Of a stretch of DNA of 64,000 nucleotides, positions 28,101-37,296 are shown piece by piece. The translations under genes were made by a program, and so were the position numbers. Each line of letters opens with the position of its first letter. Position 1 is the stretch's first letter. The notes under the pieces were generated by a model. The model saw only the letters and a program-made list of their open reading frames with translations, did not search any database and had not been told where the DNA came from. This stretch comes from a virus: the IMG/VR virus record IMGVR_UViG_3300043446_001478, positions 2,604 through 66,603 of that record, one strand, 5' to 3'.

Positions 28101-31100
28101 ATTAAAACAAACTGCTGAATTAAAGAGCAAAACACTAGAGGTTTCTATTGATACTGTTGTTGCTTCGGGAGAATTGCCTCCAGCAACAGCAATGAAGTTA
28201 TTAGATACCTTTGCTGGAGATGAAGCAACATTAGAAAAAACCTTTAATGTATTAACTTCGGTACACGATGCTGGCGCAGTTACTGAACTTATTAATTCTT
28301 TAGGTGGAATAACTGATAAAGACATACAAAAAAATATAATAATTTCTGCTGCAGGACTTAGTGGAGATAAACTTAAAGAATTTCAAAGTGTATTAAATTT
28401 ATTAAATACTATGCAAGGTAAAGAAATAGATATTAATACATTTATTAAAAATAATGTTCCAAAAGATGGAAATCCAATAGAGGCTTTAACAAAACTTTCA
28501 AATCTTTTAAATAAGGTAGAAAAGTTTCCTAAAAAAATTACTCAAAAAACTTTAATTGATATACAGACATCGGATCCAGATATGCCGTCTATGCAAGGTT
28601 TAATCGATGTATGGAAACAATATGAAAATCTTCCAGATTCTGTTAAAAAAACTGTTGTTCAGGAATATATAAGTTTATATAAATCAATAGGGGCAGATGA
28701 AGCAAAAGCATTTATAGCAAAAAAGACAGCAGGACTTCCATCTGATGTTGCTGATCGTGTAGCAAAACAATATATAACTAGTTACAACAGCAAGGGAGAG
28801 CCAGTATATGACGTCGGTGCAATTGCAGCAGACATGATTCCTCAAAGCGTTAAAAGTGGTATATCGTCAAAAGATGGAAGCAAGTCTAACGCAGGTATCG
28901 GTGGTACAAAACAAGATCCATATGCAGATCTCTTAAAAAGACTCAAAGAAGTTAGAAATGCAGCAATAGATGCTGCTGGAGGAATAAGTTCATTAAATAA
29001 GGCATTAGCAGAAGGCAATGTGTCATCAATTAAAAATAAATATGCTGGTATTGAACAACAGTTACAGTCTCAAGGATATAATCAAGGATTTATAGATTTC
29101 TTACAGGGCATGGATCCTGCAGAACAAAAGAAATGGATGCAAACAACCTACACAGCATCAAAGGGTAAATATAAAGGACAGGTCATTGATCCATTTACTA
29201 AGTTGCCAGCAGCGCAAGGAGTAAAAGAAGGTCAGGTAGTTTTATCAGCAAATGCTAAAAAACAGGCTCAAGGATTTGACGCATTAGTAAGCGGTGAATT
29301 TAATAGTGCAACACAAAAACAAATTAACTCTATCAAATATCAAAATGATTCATACAGAAAGTTAATTGCTGCAGGTTATGATCATTTGACTGCTCAAAAA
29401 TTAATATCTGATGAGTATCTTGCTCAGGCTATAGCAACAGGAAAATTAACACAAGAAGAAATTAATCAAAATGCAATAATGGCAAAAGAAATTGTTACAA
29501 GAGAAAAAATTAATAGTCTTATTACTCAAGGAAGAGATGCAATCAATCAACAAAATATGTATCTTAAAAATACAACAACTGGAGTATCTAAAGTTCAAGA
29601 ACTGTTATTATTCTTACAAACAAGAGGAATGGCTTTTAGCGGAGATGCTATTAGAAATATAATTGGTGATCCAGAAACGCTTTCTACATTAATTGCTGGT
29701 ATGGATAATGTAAAGGCTGGCATCGCTGGTGCAGCCGACGCAATGAATGAATTAGTTGCTGGTGTTAAAGCACTTAAAGATAATTCAGACATAACTTTTG
29801 CTATTAAGTTTGCAACACAAACTATGTCTCAAAATGTTCAATCTGGAATGCAATCTGCACAAAATATTAATAATGTTCTTAAAGGTGTTTATTCTAATTT
29901 AAATGTTGGGGAATTATCTAAGTTACAAAGTTTTAATCCAATTAAAAAGACAACAACAAATGTTGGACAAAAAGCAATTGAAATGGTTAATGCCAACTAT
30001 GCTGCTGCAGGTATGCCTATTCCAAAAATATCTGCAACAGATACTCTAAAAAGTATTCAAAAACAAAAATCAGTAAAAGAAACTCAACTTAATTTGGCAA
30101 GAACACAAGAACAATATATTCAAAATGAATATAATAGCATTACAGATCAAATTAATAATATTGATAAAAACTTGCAAGAATCTATAGATGGAATTAATAA
30201 AACTGCAGATGCAGCAATTAAAATACAACAAGATCAAATAGATGCTAATGAAAAATTAATTAAAGATAAATTTGAAGCGCCTACTCAAAAACTTGATGCT
30301 GAAAATAAAAAACTAAGCAATGATCTTGCAATTATTGATCATGCTGCAGAACAAATTAATAAAAAATATGATGCACAAGTTCAAGCATTAGAAGAAGTTA
30401 ATAAAGTAAATCAGCAAATTCTTGATAGTCAAAAACAACAACTTGATATTGCAGATGCATTAACACAGGGTGATATTGCTGCTGCAGCAAAGTCTGCACA
30501 AGATATGAGAGCAGCAAGTGCTGCCAATTATGCAGATAATATTTCAAACGCTATCGAACAATCTAGACAAAATGATTTAGCAGCATTACGTGGTACAGAA
30601 ACAGGAATGACAAAGGATCAAATTGCTGAAAGACAATATCAAATTAGCCAAGAGTTATATAAATTAGAAACTGATCCAGAAAGATTAAAACTTGAACAAG
30701 CAATTGAAGATGCAAAAAATAATATTTCAAAAATTGAAGAACAAAGAACAAAAGATATTCAAACACAAACTGATTTAGCAGAAAAACAAAAAGTAACTCT
30801 TGAGGCACAACAAAAAGCGGTAGAGCAACAATTAGCAGATCAAACCAAAATAACTACAGCCTTAGAAACCGATGTTTCTAAATTAACCGATATGGAAACA
30901 TATATGCAGTCAATTGCTGATGCAGCAGCAGAGTTAGATGATTCTACAGGAATGACCTTAGAAGATTGGTTAACTTTATCTGAAAAACTTCCAGATATTT
31001 CAAAATTAACAGAAGATTATAAAAATTCATTGGTTGCAGCAGCAACAAGTTCTGGAGAAATGGCTACAAGTTGGTCTAGTGTGTTGGCATCTATTAATGC

Positions 31101-31848
31101 AATACCTTCAAAAATTAATATAAGTTCTGTTTTGGATATTGTTAAGAATATAACAGAAAATATTACAAGATATATAAAGACCGTTTATGATAATGCCTCA
31201 GACGGTACTGGAAACGGTAACGGTAATGCCAACGGTAGTGGAACACAAAAACCAGGTGCTGCATGGATATCAGATGGAAAGGGTGGTTGGAAAAAACCAG
31301 ATAAACCATTCGGCGATTATGAATGGGATGATAATAAAGGATGGAACAAGCAGGGTTCTGGTCTTGCAATAACTGGAGAAGGTGACAGCAAATCAGGAAC
31401 TGAAAAAATTGCAGCAGATAAGGCAGCAGCAGATGCAGCAGCAGCAAAGGCAGCAGCAGACAAGGCAGCAGCAGAAGGACATAAGGGAACATATGCCGAA
31501 GGATTAGCAATTTATCCATGGGTTGCTAGTACAGGATCAGCAGCACCAAGCATCTTAAGAGGATATGGATATTGGGCAAAGGGCGGTATGATTCCAAGAG
31601 GAACTGATACAGTTCCAGCAATGTTAACTCCAGGCGAATTTATTATGAGCAAATATGCAGTTGATAAATATGGTGTTGATAATTTAAGATCAATAAATAA
31701 TGGAAACTCTGTTGGTGATTCAGTGTATAATTATAGTATTAATGTCAATGTTAAATCAGATGCAAATCCTGATGACATTGCCAAAACAGTTATGGCTCAT
31801 ATTCAAAGAGTTAACTCACAACAAATTAGGGGTGTTAAAATATCATGA
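22162..31848 (+). CDS. Tape measure protein (3228 aa) with internal cargo domains
   Basis: TP901-type core (A.KLAVLG...T..LQNAF...N.VENQT...G..A.EGANA.KS.LA.LINPT), hydrophobic segments, coiled coils, C-terminal KGG...GTDTVPAMLTPGEF motif; TTG start after GAGGTG. Confidence 0.93.
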   Translation: MADVNSNININFNTADALAQLRKLQAGLSTFHQTLAEGNLAAANAQKGLNAQLIQTIGATGKFSASQTKVASSTLSFTNALEKNKLSLREYYRYSMAAATANTTLLSKAFAQEREIINRARRDRVKLLQSQYIQLNKANAGFIDALKIMPRSLAMANGRFTELGTRIQYAAQRQQILNKLLMQGSTNLLNFGKNMQWAGRQLMVGLSIPMMMLGGYASKAFRELEQATVKFRRVYGDAFTNDSEVEAAVQNIKMLAKEYIKYGVAVKDTMDMASTAAAAGFSGKALTQQVNAATKLAVLGQIDQQKALETTISLQNAFGLSADQLAEKINFLNAVENQTVLSIDDLTTAIPKAAPVIKQLGGSVEDLAFFLTAMKEGGINAAEGANAIKSGLAALINPTKRASDMLAGFGINIKGLIEANKGDIKGIVVGFARALDTLDPLNRARAIEQLFGKFQFARLSTLFQNVAKGGSQASRAFDLAGASVEELAILSEREMKKVQDAVGTKFQAAVEQFKQDIMPLGKSFLEAVTPIVKFFGKLFEKFNNLGDGTKKVITIIAGLVAGLGPVLLMTFGLLANGLANLIKLFATIRGGIAKLNGQTNVLGAGFNYVTQEQIDQQASAQALHNTHTKLTEVFNVEKVAAIQLAEAYMQLSSQMRAMAQQNPGLFVGGMGGTVKAVKNLPPIPKVKKFADGIVSVPGPKGAGDVVPAMVSPGEAIIPTKTSEKYRGLITAMFNDNVPGFATGRLPWGSNHPIKQSGAVDIGMPKRFAETTQSREIAARIDAAVRSGKFSKMPPTDFGTLLQPFSGRSFPIRGVGGVYRKPDGKLVVVKPTMDEKTALAEVRATEIAREVHGLTSPKQEIRTMIDPTDSTGQRKLIVLESPYDPKIAAATGKFTKRDMIKQLVASTLRADKDLQQANISGNILADVGTAGVFARASGFRDYASNLPGMGEMGLINLLGVKGGAKKFFAQETSSIASGMTAKQYEDAILKEINSDLPKLRKLIDKWNLNPVEKQAYEAMYQRLEEGKKVDWKKLHSVHIAAGNVTKKYSDGIDPSPNEKVMKEAISRYMLEGNQSDKILANLKGEFDTKFINKLNKLKNIDPERAALIQQAWHGGGKYKQGRQSQFHHVLKDMVPIKVGEETLYISKTDFNKFASDPEKQLKYARSKDYIIDRGLYRMGLAPDQTGRFVGGGDLTKSRALSAKHFAFDLQTSNKSAGGGRGLLSKTVRKIADDQRKIFQASMGDPLKTTAGQILKDAKYSPEDIKYLLRPELSHLEGHQLGERQGSQSMKTGYGMYDARLVNNFMNSKKRHSKLLQWNEDEYSKLASGKKGYPFLSPEQIDEYKKAATFMSLERHPVNAIERELVAKAVELDILALNAKEKGIKVPGTTQSPSANLRALKAILDPNSKIKPSSLMDLQALESGKVLVQPGEIQVNNQTGKISIVRGGMTAPTGSVRIGGSQADKIIGDEKKNTYYSKKSFMPQSTSRSLAFYGRETGTPGAIDRLSNNARGRITNAIREQERLLKQQNKYTKEQIDSAMKSYRRKLVADEQAKAISYRQQQIAREEIRQQQSKVLNDKQAALAAKQQQKETVKQNRMMRQEKIGRFSGGTSMVLGTAGMAAMMSGHTGVGAALTGASAIAGMAPMFAGMGPIGIGVTAVAALAGGMYMLDRAAKKAAESQSNYIDSITATTSKMAQIGEITNKVGASEIMARRRLGTVSDKYTTGFERGKQQFGTTFLDSSVGKDMLKTLTDNLQKSGTVAVKNIAAELSAYISDGILTAEQAHSIARAIGINLQDMTLAMNISAQVTDLVGPNGENLVNNPLQTRLNIVNASMSNAGLIQSQLDKEKASGTPFSKEARNYRAQQAALGVQGLEINQAQLDSYNLYYEKQIKSLETQKAITTDKQKQKDLDTQIKTLQDEQLAGQGKFAENSKKILEDQLNAFKDAQKYGGQVESAFFNSLKNQVKTKYKGTAQEGFVDSLLKQTAELKSKTLEVSIDTVVASGELPPATAMKLLDTFAGDEATLEKTFNVLTSVHDAGAVTELINSLGGITDKDIQKNIIISAAGLSGDKLKEFQSVLNLLNTMQGKEIDINTFIKNNVPKDGNPIEALTKLSNLLNKVEKFPKKITQKTLIDIQTSDPDMPSMQGLIDVWKQYENLPDSVKKTVVQEYISLYKSIGADEAKAFIAKKTAGLPSDVADRVAKQYITSYNSKGEPVYDVGAIAADMIPQSVKSGISSKDGSKSNAGIGGTKQDPYADLLKRLKEVRNAAIDAAGGISSLNKALAEGNVSSIKNKYAGIEQQLQSQGYNQGFIDFLQGMDPAEQKKWMQTTYTASKGKYKGQVIDPFTKLPAAQGVKEGQVVLSANAKKQAQGFDALVSGEFNSATQKQINSIKYQNDSYRKLIAAGYDHLTAQKLISDEYLAQAIATGKLTQEEINQNAIMAKEIVTREKINSLITQGRDAINQQNMYLKNTTTGVSKVQELLLFLQTRGMAFSGDAIRNIIGDPETLSTLIAGMDNVKAGIAGAADAMNELVAGVKALKDNSDITFAIKFATQTMSQNVQSGMQSAQNINNVLKGVYSNLNVGELSKLQSFNPIKKTTTNVGQKAIEMVNANYAAAGMPIPKISATDTLKSIQKQKSVKETQLNLARTQEQYIQNEYNSITDQINNIDKNLQESIDGINKTADAAIKIQQDQIDANEKLIKDKFEAPTQKLDAENKKLSNDLAIIDHAAEQINKKYDAQVQALEEVNKVNQQILDSQKQQLDIADALTQGDIAAAAKSAQDMRAASAANYADNISNAIEQSRQNDLAALRGTETGMTKDQIAERQYQISQELYKLETDPERLKLEQAIEDAKNNISKIEEQRTKDIQTQTDLAEKQKVTLEAQQKAVEQQLADQTKITTALETDVSKLTDMETYMQSIADAAAELDDSTGMTLEDWLTLSEKLPDISKLTEDYKNSLVAAATSSGEMATSWSSVLASINAIPSKINISSVLDIVKNITENITRYIKTVYDNASDGTGNGNGNANGSGTQKPGAAWISDGKGGWKKPDKPFGDYEWDDNKGWNKQGSGLAITGEGDSKSGTEKIAADKAAADAAAAKAAADKAAAEGHKGTYAEGLAIYPWVASTGSAAPSILRGYGYWAKGGMIPRGTDTVPAMLTPGEFIMSKYAVDKYGVDNLRSINNGNSVGDSVYNYSINVNVKSDANPDDIAKTVMAHIQRVNSQQIRGVKIS
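31410..31475 (+). repeat. GCA-rich low-complexity coding repeat (AADKAAADAAAAKAAADKAAA)
   Basis: Run of gcagca units visible in the sequence. Confidence 0.7.
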
Positions 31849-32498
31849 CAACATCAACATACATGACAGGTCGTAAAAAATATCAAAGACCACAGGCGAT
31901 GTTGTGGTCAGAAAATTCTGGAAAAATTGAAAATGGTATTTATATTCCAAATGGTCTTGAAATTAATGCTAATCCAGGTTCAGAAACAAATCCAGATAAT
32001 ATAGATCAATTTTTAATATTATCTGATAACAATAGATCAACAATAGATTTTGGATATGAAAGAATTGAAAAAAGAGAAAGAATGATTAATGGTCGCATGA
32101 GATCATATCATATTGCTGATAAGTTAACTATTTCTTTTTCATATACAGATTTACCATCAAGATCATTTGCTTTGCCTGCAGACTTTGATTCAACTGGAAA
32201 ATCTCAAATGAATGGTGCATATGGAAAACCAAACTTACCAGATGCCCAGTATACAACCGACGGCGGTGCTGGAGGAGTTGATATTTTGGACTGGTATGAA
32301 AAGCATCAGGGTTCATTTTGGTGTTATTTGGCCTATGATAAATATTATAATTTTGGAAAAGATGAATCCGCATACGGGTATTTACCACAGTATAATCAAT
32401 TAGTTGAAGTATTTTTTGCAGATTTTTCATATAATGTAAAAAAACGTGGTAGTAATTTTGATTTTTGGGATATTTCAATTAAGTTGGAAGAGGCATAA
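31845..32498 (+). CDS. Distal tail (Dit-like) protein, putative
   Basis: Directly after TMP; R.RM.NG..R...I..K......Y..LP and WD.SI.LEE terminal motif. Confidence 0.6.
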   Translation: MTTSTYMTGRKKYQRPQAMLWSENSGKIENGIYIPNGLEINANPGSETNPDNIDQFLILSDNNRSTIDFGYERIEKRERMINGRMRSYHIADKLTISFSYTDLPSRSFALPADFDSTGKSQMNGAYGKPNLPDAQYTTDGGAGGVDILDWYEKHQGSFWCYLAYDKYYNFGKDESAYGYLPQYNQLVEVFFADFSYNVKKRGSNFDFWDISIKLEEA

Positions 32499-35400
32499 TG
32501 TTTGAGGATGTTGATCTTAAAAAACATTTAGAGAGTTCTTCTGTAGTTAGAACAAAGACTGCAGTTGTGGCAGAGTGGAATTTAAACTCTCCTAATAATA
32601 TTTTTAAAATTGGAAACTATCGATATAGGCCAACACAAACTGATTCTAATTATAAATTAATTCCAAATACATTTGATGCATATGAGGATGAAAACACATC
32701 AATACCATTTTATTTTAATGCCACAGACTCTGATGTTATTGTAGATGGTGGTTATGACGATGATGGTTTGCCTGTAAGTTTAAAACAAAATAAAGAAAAA
32801 TTAAAAATGCTTTATTCCTTGGAAGATTGTTTTAAAATGTTTAGGCCAAGATCAGGAATCAATAAAGCAAGATTTTTGCCAGGTAGTTATTTACATCATC
32901 CAAATATAAATATGGCTAACAGACCAAGATATTATATGCCAGATAAAAAAGATCCCTTTAAATATTGGACATCTTTTAGAACAGAGAATGGCTTAGAGTA
33001 TGGAATATCTATTGCAAAAAATGGAGAAAATGCAATAGAAGATACTGCACCATTTATTGTTTATAAAGAAGATGTTGCTGCAAATAGAATTATTGTTAAG
33101 ATGCAAACCCACGTTGGAGAAATAGATTTAGGAACATTTTCTTCAGCATCACAGGCAATATCTGATCCATTTTATGGAGACACAAATAAAGCAACACCTG
33201 TGAAATGGAAAGTTCAAGCATTAAAAAATAATACGTGGTCAGATATTATTTCATTTAATCAATCATCTAAAAGATCAGACGGCACACCAATAATTGGCTC
33301 TGATGGTTATGTAGAACTATCATATGGATTAAAGGTGCCAAAACAATATAAAGATATTTTTATTTTTGCAGAACAGTATTCATCTACTACCTTATTACCA
33401 GAACAATCTGTTAATGGTTATTCATATTTAATTATTGAAAATTCAAATGACATAGGTACATTTTATATTTGGCTTGATGAGGTTAACGAATACAGAACAT
33501 TCATACCAGATTACGGGTGGCACTTAGAAGAATCTGAGGTAGATAGGCTTACTAACTTTGTAACAGATATGACAGATCCTTCAAAATATCTAACATCTGG
33601 AACATCTTATAAATTTAGAGAATTTGAAAAAATAAGAGGAGTAAGACTTGTTGTAGAAACAATGAATAAAGCAAATTGTACATTTGACCTAATAGAGATT
33701 TCACCAAGACTTTGTGCTAATATTTCAGACAAAGTAAAATCTTTTTCATTAAGAAAAAATGCTTCAGACTTAGGCGTTAGTGGAATGCCTGTTGGACAAC
33801 TACTTGCCTCAAATGGATCTATTGAGATTTTTGATTATGACGATGCCTTTAATTCTAATAATGAAAATAGCATTATTAAAAATTTAATTAATAGACATAT
33901 ACAGTTTAAGTTTTATGATATTGTTTTTAATGTTGATGGTTGGGATTATTTTGTTCCTTTAAAAACTCTATACTCAGATGGATTTGCACAAATTAATAAT
34001 ACAGATCAAACAGTGCAATTAGAGTTAAGAGATTTATTCTTTTATCTTGAAAGTATGACAGCACCGCAAACACTTATGACAAATGTTTCTTTAAGTTCTG
34101 CGGTTGCTATGTTACTTGATTCAATAGGTTTTTCAAACTATGTTATAAAAAGAGTAGATGGTGAAACAGAATTAATTATTCCATATTTTTATGTTGAGCC
34201 AGACGTTAGTGTGGCAGAAGTTTTGCAAAATCTTGCTATATCTACACAAACAGCAATGTTCTTTGATGAATATAATGATTTTGTTATGATGAGTAAAGAC
34301 TATATGATGCCAACATTAGACCAAAGAGAAACATCAATAATTTTGTCTGGCAACGAAAAAGAATCTGACTCTGATGTTTTACCAAATATTATAGAACTCT
34401 CAGCCCAAGAAAATCAAGTTTACAATGACGGCAAAATAAATTATTCACAAAAATATATACAAAGATCTGTTGGAACAATTAAACAGGCAAGTTTAATTGA
34501 TATGGATAGGTCTTGGATATATAAACCAGTATTGCTGTGGGAAGTTGCTGGAACAGAAAATACAAAATCTATTAATGGTGAAACAGCGTCACAATCTAGT
34601 TATATTCTTTCTGCAATTCCATTAAATTCAAATTTATCAGATAGTTTACCTACAGTTGTCAATAGGCAGGTAATAAATAATGTGATGGATCTTGGAGAAG
34701 GAGTTTACTGGATTGCTAGATATAATGGATATTTTTATTCAAATGGAGAAATTATTAAGTATGATGCTGTTCAATTTAATGTTAGCGGGGAAGGCAATGT
34801 TTGGATTAGCAGTAATCAAGAGTATCAGTATTACTTTTCTAAATTACCCTTTAATGGAAAGATATATCCAACTGGGCTAGTTAGAATTTATTCAGAACCA
34901 GATTATGAACAAGTTAGTGGATTTTTAAAATTAAAAAATGGTGCTGTATCAAAGCATGGTCGTGGACAATTTGGAACATCTATAACAACACATAATTCTG
35001 GACTTTCTGATTATTGGACAGACAATACAAATGTACGTGGCTGTATGATGCAGTCAAAATACTTATTTCAAAATGATTTAACGTTGCCTACAACTGTACA
35101 AGGAACTGCTGGCCGAAATGATGCATTGGCACAAAAAAGTACAAGGACTGGAGTAATTAAAAACTTCATGTCATCAACTTATAATTCAGAGTCTGATATA
35201 AATACATTTAAACAAACTAAACCTGGAACGATACAATCATCAGCGTTAGTTATGCAAGGACCTTCCTTTTCAGCCACAGATAAACCAAAAGATTTTATTT
35301 CGTATATTTATAAACCATTACAAAATAGTTTTAGGCATTTTGGTACAAGAATGAGAATTATTGGAAAAATTGAAAATGGTGCAAACAGAATTCAAACTGC

Positions 35401-36751
35401 AAATGGAAGTACAAACTATTTTACTATTCCAGGACTTACACCAGATAAAGATATTACAATTTCTGGCGGTGGCGGTGGATTAGCCGTTATGATTAATCCA
35501 GAAACAAATAATGGATATTATTTAGAACTAGGTGCTTTAGGTAGCGCAAGTATAACCTCCTTGGAAAAACAAAACGTACACAATGTATTATTTTATAAAA
35601 TAAAAAAGGACTCTGCTTCATCTGATGCAATTCCTGTAAAAATTTGGGAAGGTTTAGGAAATATTATTGTTGACGATGGTAAGTTTACTGGTCAATACAG
35701 AATGGTAGCAGAGCAAAATCCTACAGTTTATGATATAGGAATTGAATATGAGAATATAGGAAATTCAAGAAAATTTTATATTTATATGAATGGTTCTCTT
35801 TTAACTACTGTTGTAGACCAAGATCCACTTCCAGTTTATAATAATATGGCTCTTTTTGTGCGTGGTTCATCAAGAGTAATGTTTGAAAACATATATGCAC
35901 TTGCAAATAACTATAGTCAAAATACACAATTTGCTCTAAACACTCCAGTTAATTCTATTTTTGATAATGAGATCGATGCAACAGAGTCTTTCAGAAAATA
36001 TGCAATGAGTGGTGTCGTTCAAGGAACATACCTATCTGGTATTAATAGTTCAGAAGCACCTAAGTATAGTATTTATTTTGAAGAGTTTGGAACAATTATG
36101 AGAGAGGCAGCAACATTTAATATTAGATATGATAAGGCTTATCCAGCACTATATGCAAAATTATCACCAACCTTTAATAGAATAAAGGGTTATACCATTT
36201 CAGGCTTTAGGGCAGGATCTTATGGTGCAGAGTTTATGATATTTAATGCAACAGATACTGCTTTAAGTTTAGACGAAACAACTGGTAATTATTTAAGAAT
36301 TCAGGGTGTAACATTTACACAACAATCAAATAACGAACTTTCTGTTGATGACTATTTTTCAAAAAATAGTTCTTTGTCAGATCCAGTAATTGAAGGATCA
36401 ACAGTGGTAGTTAATCCATTTAAAGTTGCCAAAGATTATGAAGATATTAAGTTAAGCAGAATGACATATGGACGAAAAGATTTTTCTATCACGACATCAT
36501 ATGTTCAAACACAAGATGATGCTAACAACTTAATGAAATGGATACTAAGTAAAATTACAAAACCAAGAAAATCTTTAGGTGTTAGAATTTTTAGCAATCC
36601 AACAATTCAACTCGGGGATATTGTTTCTGTTAAATATAAAAAAGATGATGTTGAAAAAATAGAAAATGCTAGATATGTGGTATACTCAATTGAATACTCT
36701 AAAGATATCAGTGGACCAAGCATGAGTTTATATTTAAGTGAGGTAGCGTAA
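32498..36751 (+). CDS. Tail tip/hub (Tal or central fibre-like) protein
   Basis: 1417 aa after Dit; LQ.LA..TQ.AMFFDE and C-terminal YG.....I....Q...A......NP.IQLGD.V hub signature. Confidence 0.65.
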   Translation: MFEDVDLKKHLESSSVVRTKTAVVAEWNLNSPNNIFKIGNYRYRPTQTDSNYKLIPNTFDAYEDENTSIPFYFNATDSDVIVDGGYDDDGLPVSLKQNKEKLKMLYSLEDCFKMFRPRSGINKARFLPGSYLHHPNINMANRPRYYMPDKKDPFKYWTSFRTENGLEYGISIAKNGENAIEDTAPFIVYKEDVAANRIIVKMQTHVGEIDLGTFSSASQAISDPFYGDTNKATPVKWKVQALKNNTWSDIISFNQSSKRSDGTPIIGSDGYVELSYGLKVPKQYKDIFIFAEQYSSTTLLPEQSVNGYSYLIIENSNDIGTFYIWLDEVNEYRTFIPDYGWHLEESEVDRLTNFVTDMTDPSKYLTSGTSYKFREFEKIRGVRLVVETMNKANCTFDLIEISPRLCANISDKVKSFSLRKNASDLGVSGMPVGQLLASNGSIEIFDYDDAFNSNNENSIIKNLINRHIQFKFYDIVFNVDGWDYFVPLKTLYSDGFAQINNTDQTVQLELRDLFFYLESMTAPQTLMTNVSLSSAVAMLLDSIGFSNYVIKRVDGETELIIPYFYVEPDVSVAEVLQNLAISTQTAMFFDEYNDFVMMSKDYMMPTLDQRETSIILSGNEKESDSDVLPNIIELSAQENQVYNDGKINYSQKYIQRSVGTIKQASLIDMDRSWIYKPVLLWEVAGTENTKSINGETASQSSYILSAIPLNSNLSDSLPTVVNRQVINNVMDLGEGVYWIARYNGYFYSNGEIIKYDAVQFNVSGEGNVWISSNQEYQYYFSKLPFNGKIYPTGLVRIYSEPDYEQVSGFLKLKNGAVSKHGRGQFGTSITTHNSGLSDYWTDNTNVRGCMMQSKYLFQNDLTLPTTVQGTAGRNDALAQKSTRTGVIKNFMSSTYNSESDINTFKQTKPGTIQSSALVMQGPSFSATDKPKDFISYIYKPLQNSFRHFGTRMRIIGKIENGANRIQTANGSTNYFTIPGLTPDKDITISGGGGGLAVMINPETNNGYYLELGALGSASITSLEKQNVHNVLFYKIKKDSASSDAIPVKIWEGLGNIIVDDGKFTGQYRMVAEQNPTVYDIGIEYENIGNSRKFYIYMNGSLLTTVVDQDPLPVYNNMALFVRGSSRVMFENIYALANNYSQNTQFALNTPVNSIFDNEIDATESFRKYAMSGVVQGTYLSGINSSEAPKYSIYFEEFGTIMREAATFNIRYDKAYPALYAKLSPTFNRIKGYTISGFRAGSYGAEFMIFNATDTALSLDETTGNYLRIQGVTFTQQSNNELSVDDYFSKNSSLSDPVIEGSTVVVNPFKVAKDYEDIKLSRMTYGRKDFSITTSYVQTQDDANNLMKWILSKITKPRKSLGVRIFSNPTIQLGDIVSVKYKKDDVEKIENARYVVYSIEYSKDISGPSMSLYLSEVA

Positions 36752-37296
36752 TGGTTGAAGCAACTCCAAATATTCCTACTGCATCGACAACACAGCCAGT
36801 AACTTCTGCAGTTAAGGTCGCTACACCAGATTTAATATTAAAGCCAAATGAATCTACACCTATAGAAATAATGACAGACCTGATATTTGAAGATATCGGA
36901 GGAATTGAATTAATTAATATATCTAGAAATGATTTAATTAATGGTCAGAATGTTATTTATAAACCAATTAAAAACTTAAGTTCAATATTTTTTCAATATA
37001 ATCCACAAAATGTTTTGTCTTTACAAAAAACATCAGAATCATATTTTAAAAACTTTCCCATAAAATTAGGAGACAGGGTTCCAGATTGCGGAACAGGATA
37101 TACTAGAACATATAACAACCCCTTAGATTTAGAAGACTATACCGATACTGGAAATTGTAAAATTGTTTATTGTGATCCAGTCGATGGAAGCCTTGTAATT
37201 AATGTTATTAATATGGGCAAAGAAGAACAGGTAGAGGTAGAAATTCTTCAACGGGGCGTTGTTCTTAGTGATACAATATACCAGGTGATATTATGA
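36751..37296 (+). CDS. Hypothetical tail-associated protein
   Basis: TAATG-coupled ORF in the tail module. Confidence 0.55.
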   Translation: MVEATPNIPTASTTQPVTSAVKVATPDLILKPNESTPIEIMTDLIFEDIGGIELINISRNDLINGQNVIYKPIKNLSSIFFQYNPQNVLSLQKTSESYFKNFPIKLGDRVPDCGTGYTRTYNNPLDLEDYTDTGNCKIVYCDPVDGSLVINVINMGKEEQVEVEILQRGVVLSDTIYQVIL

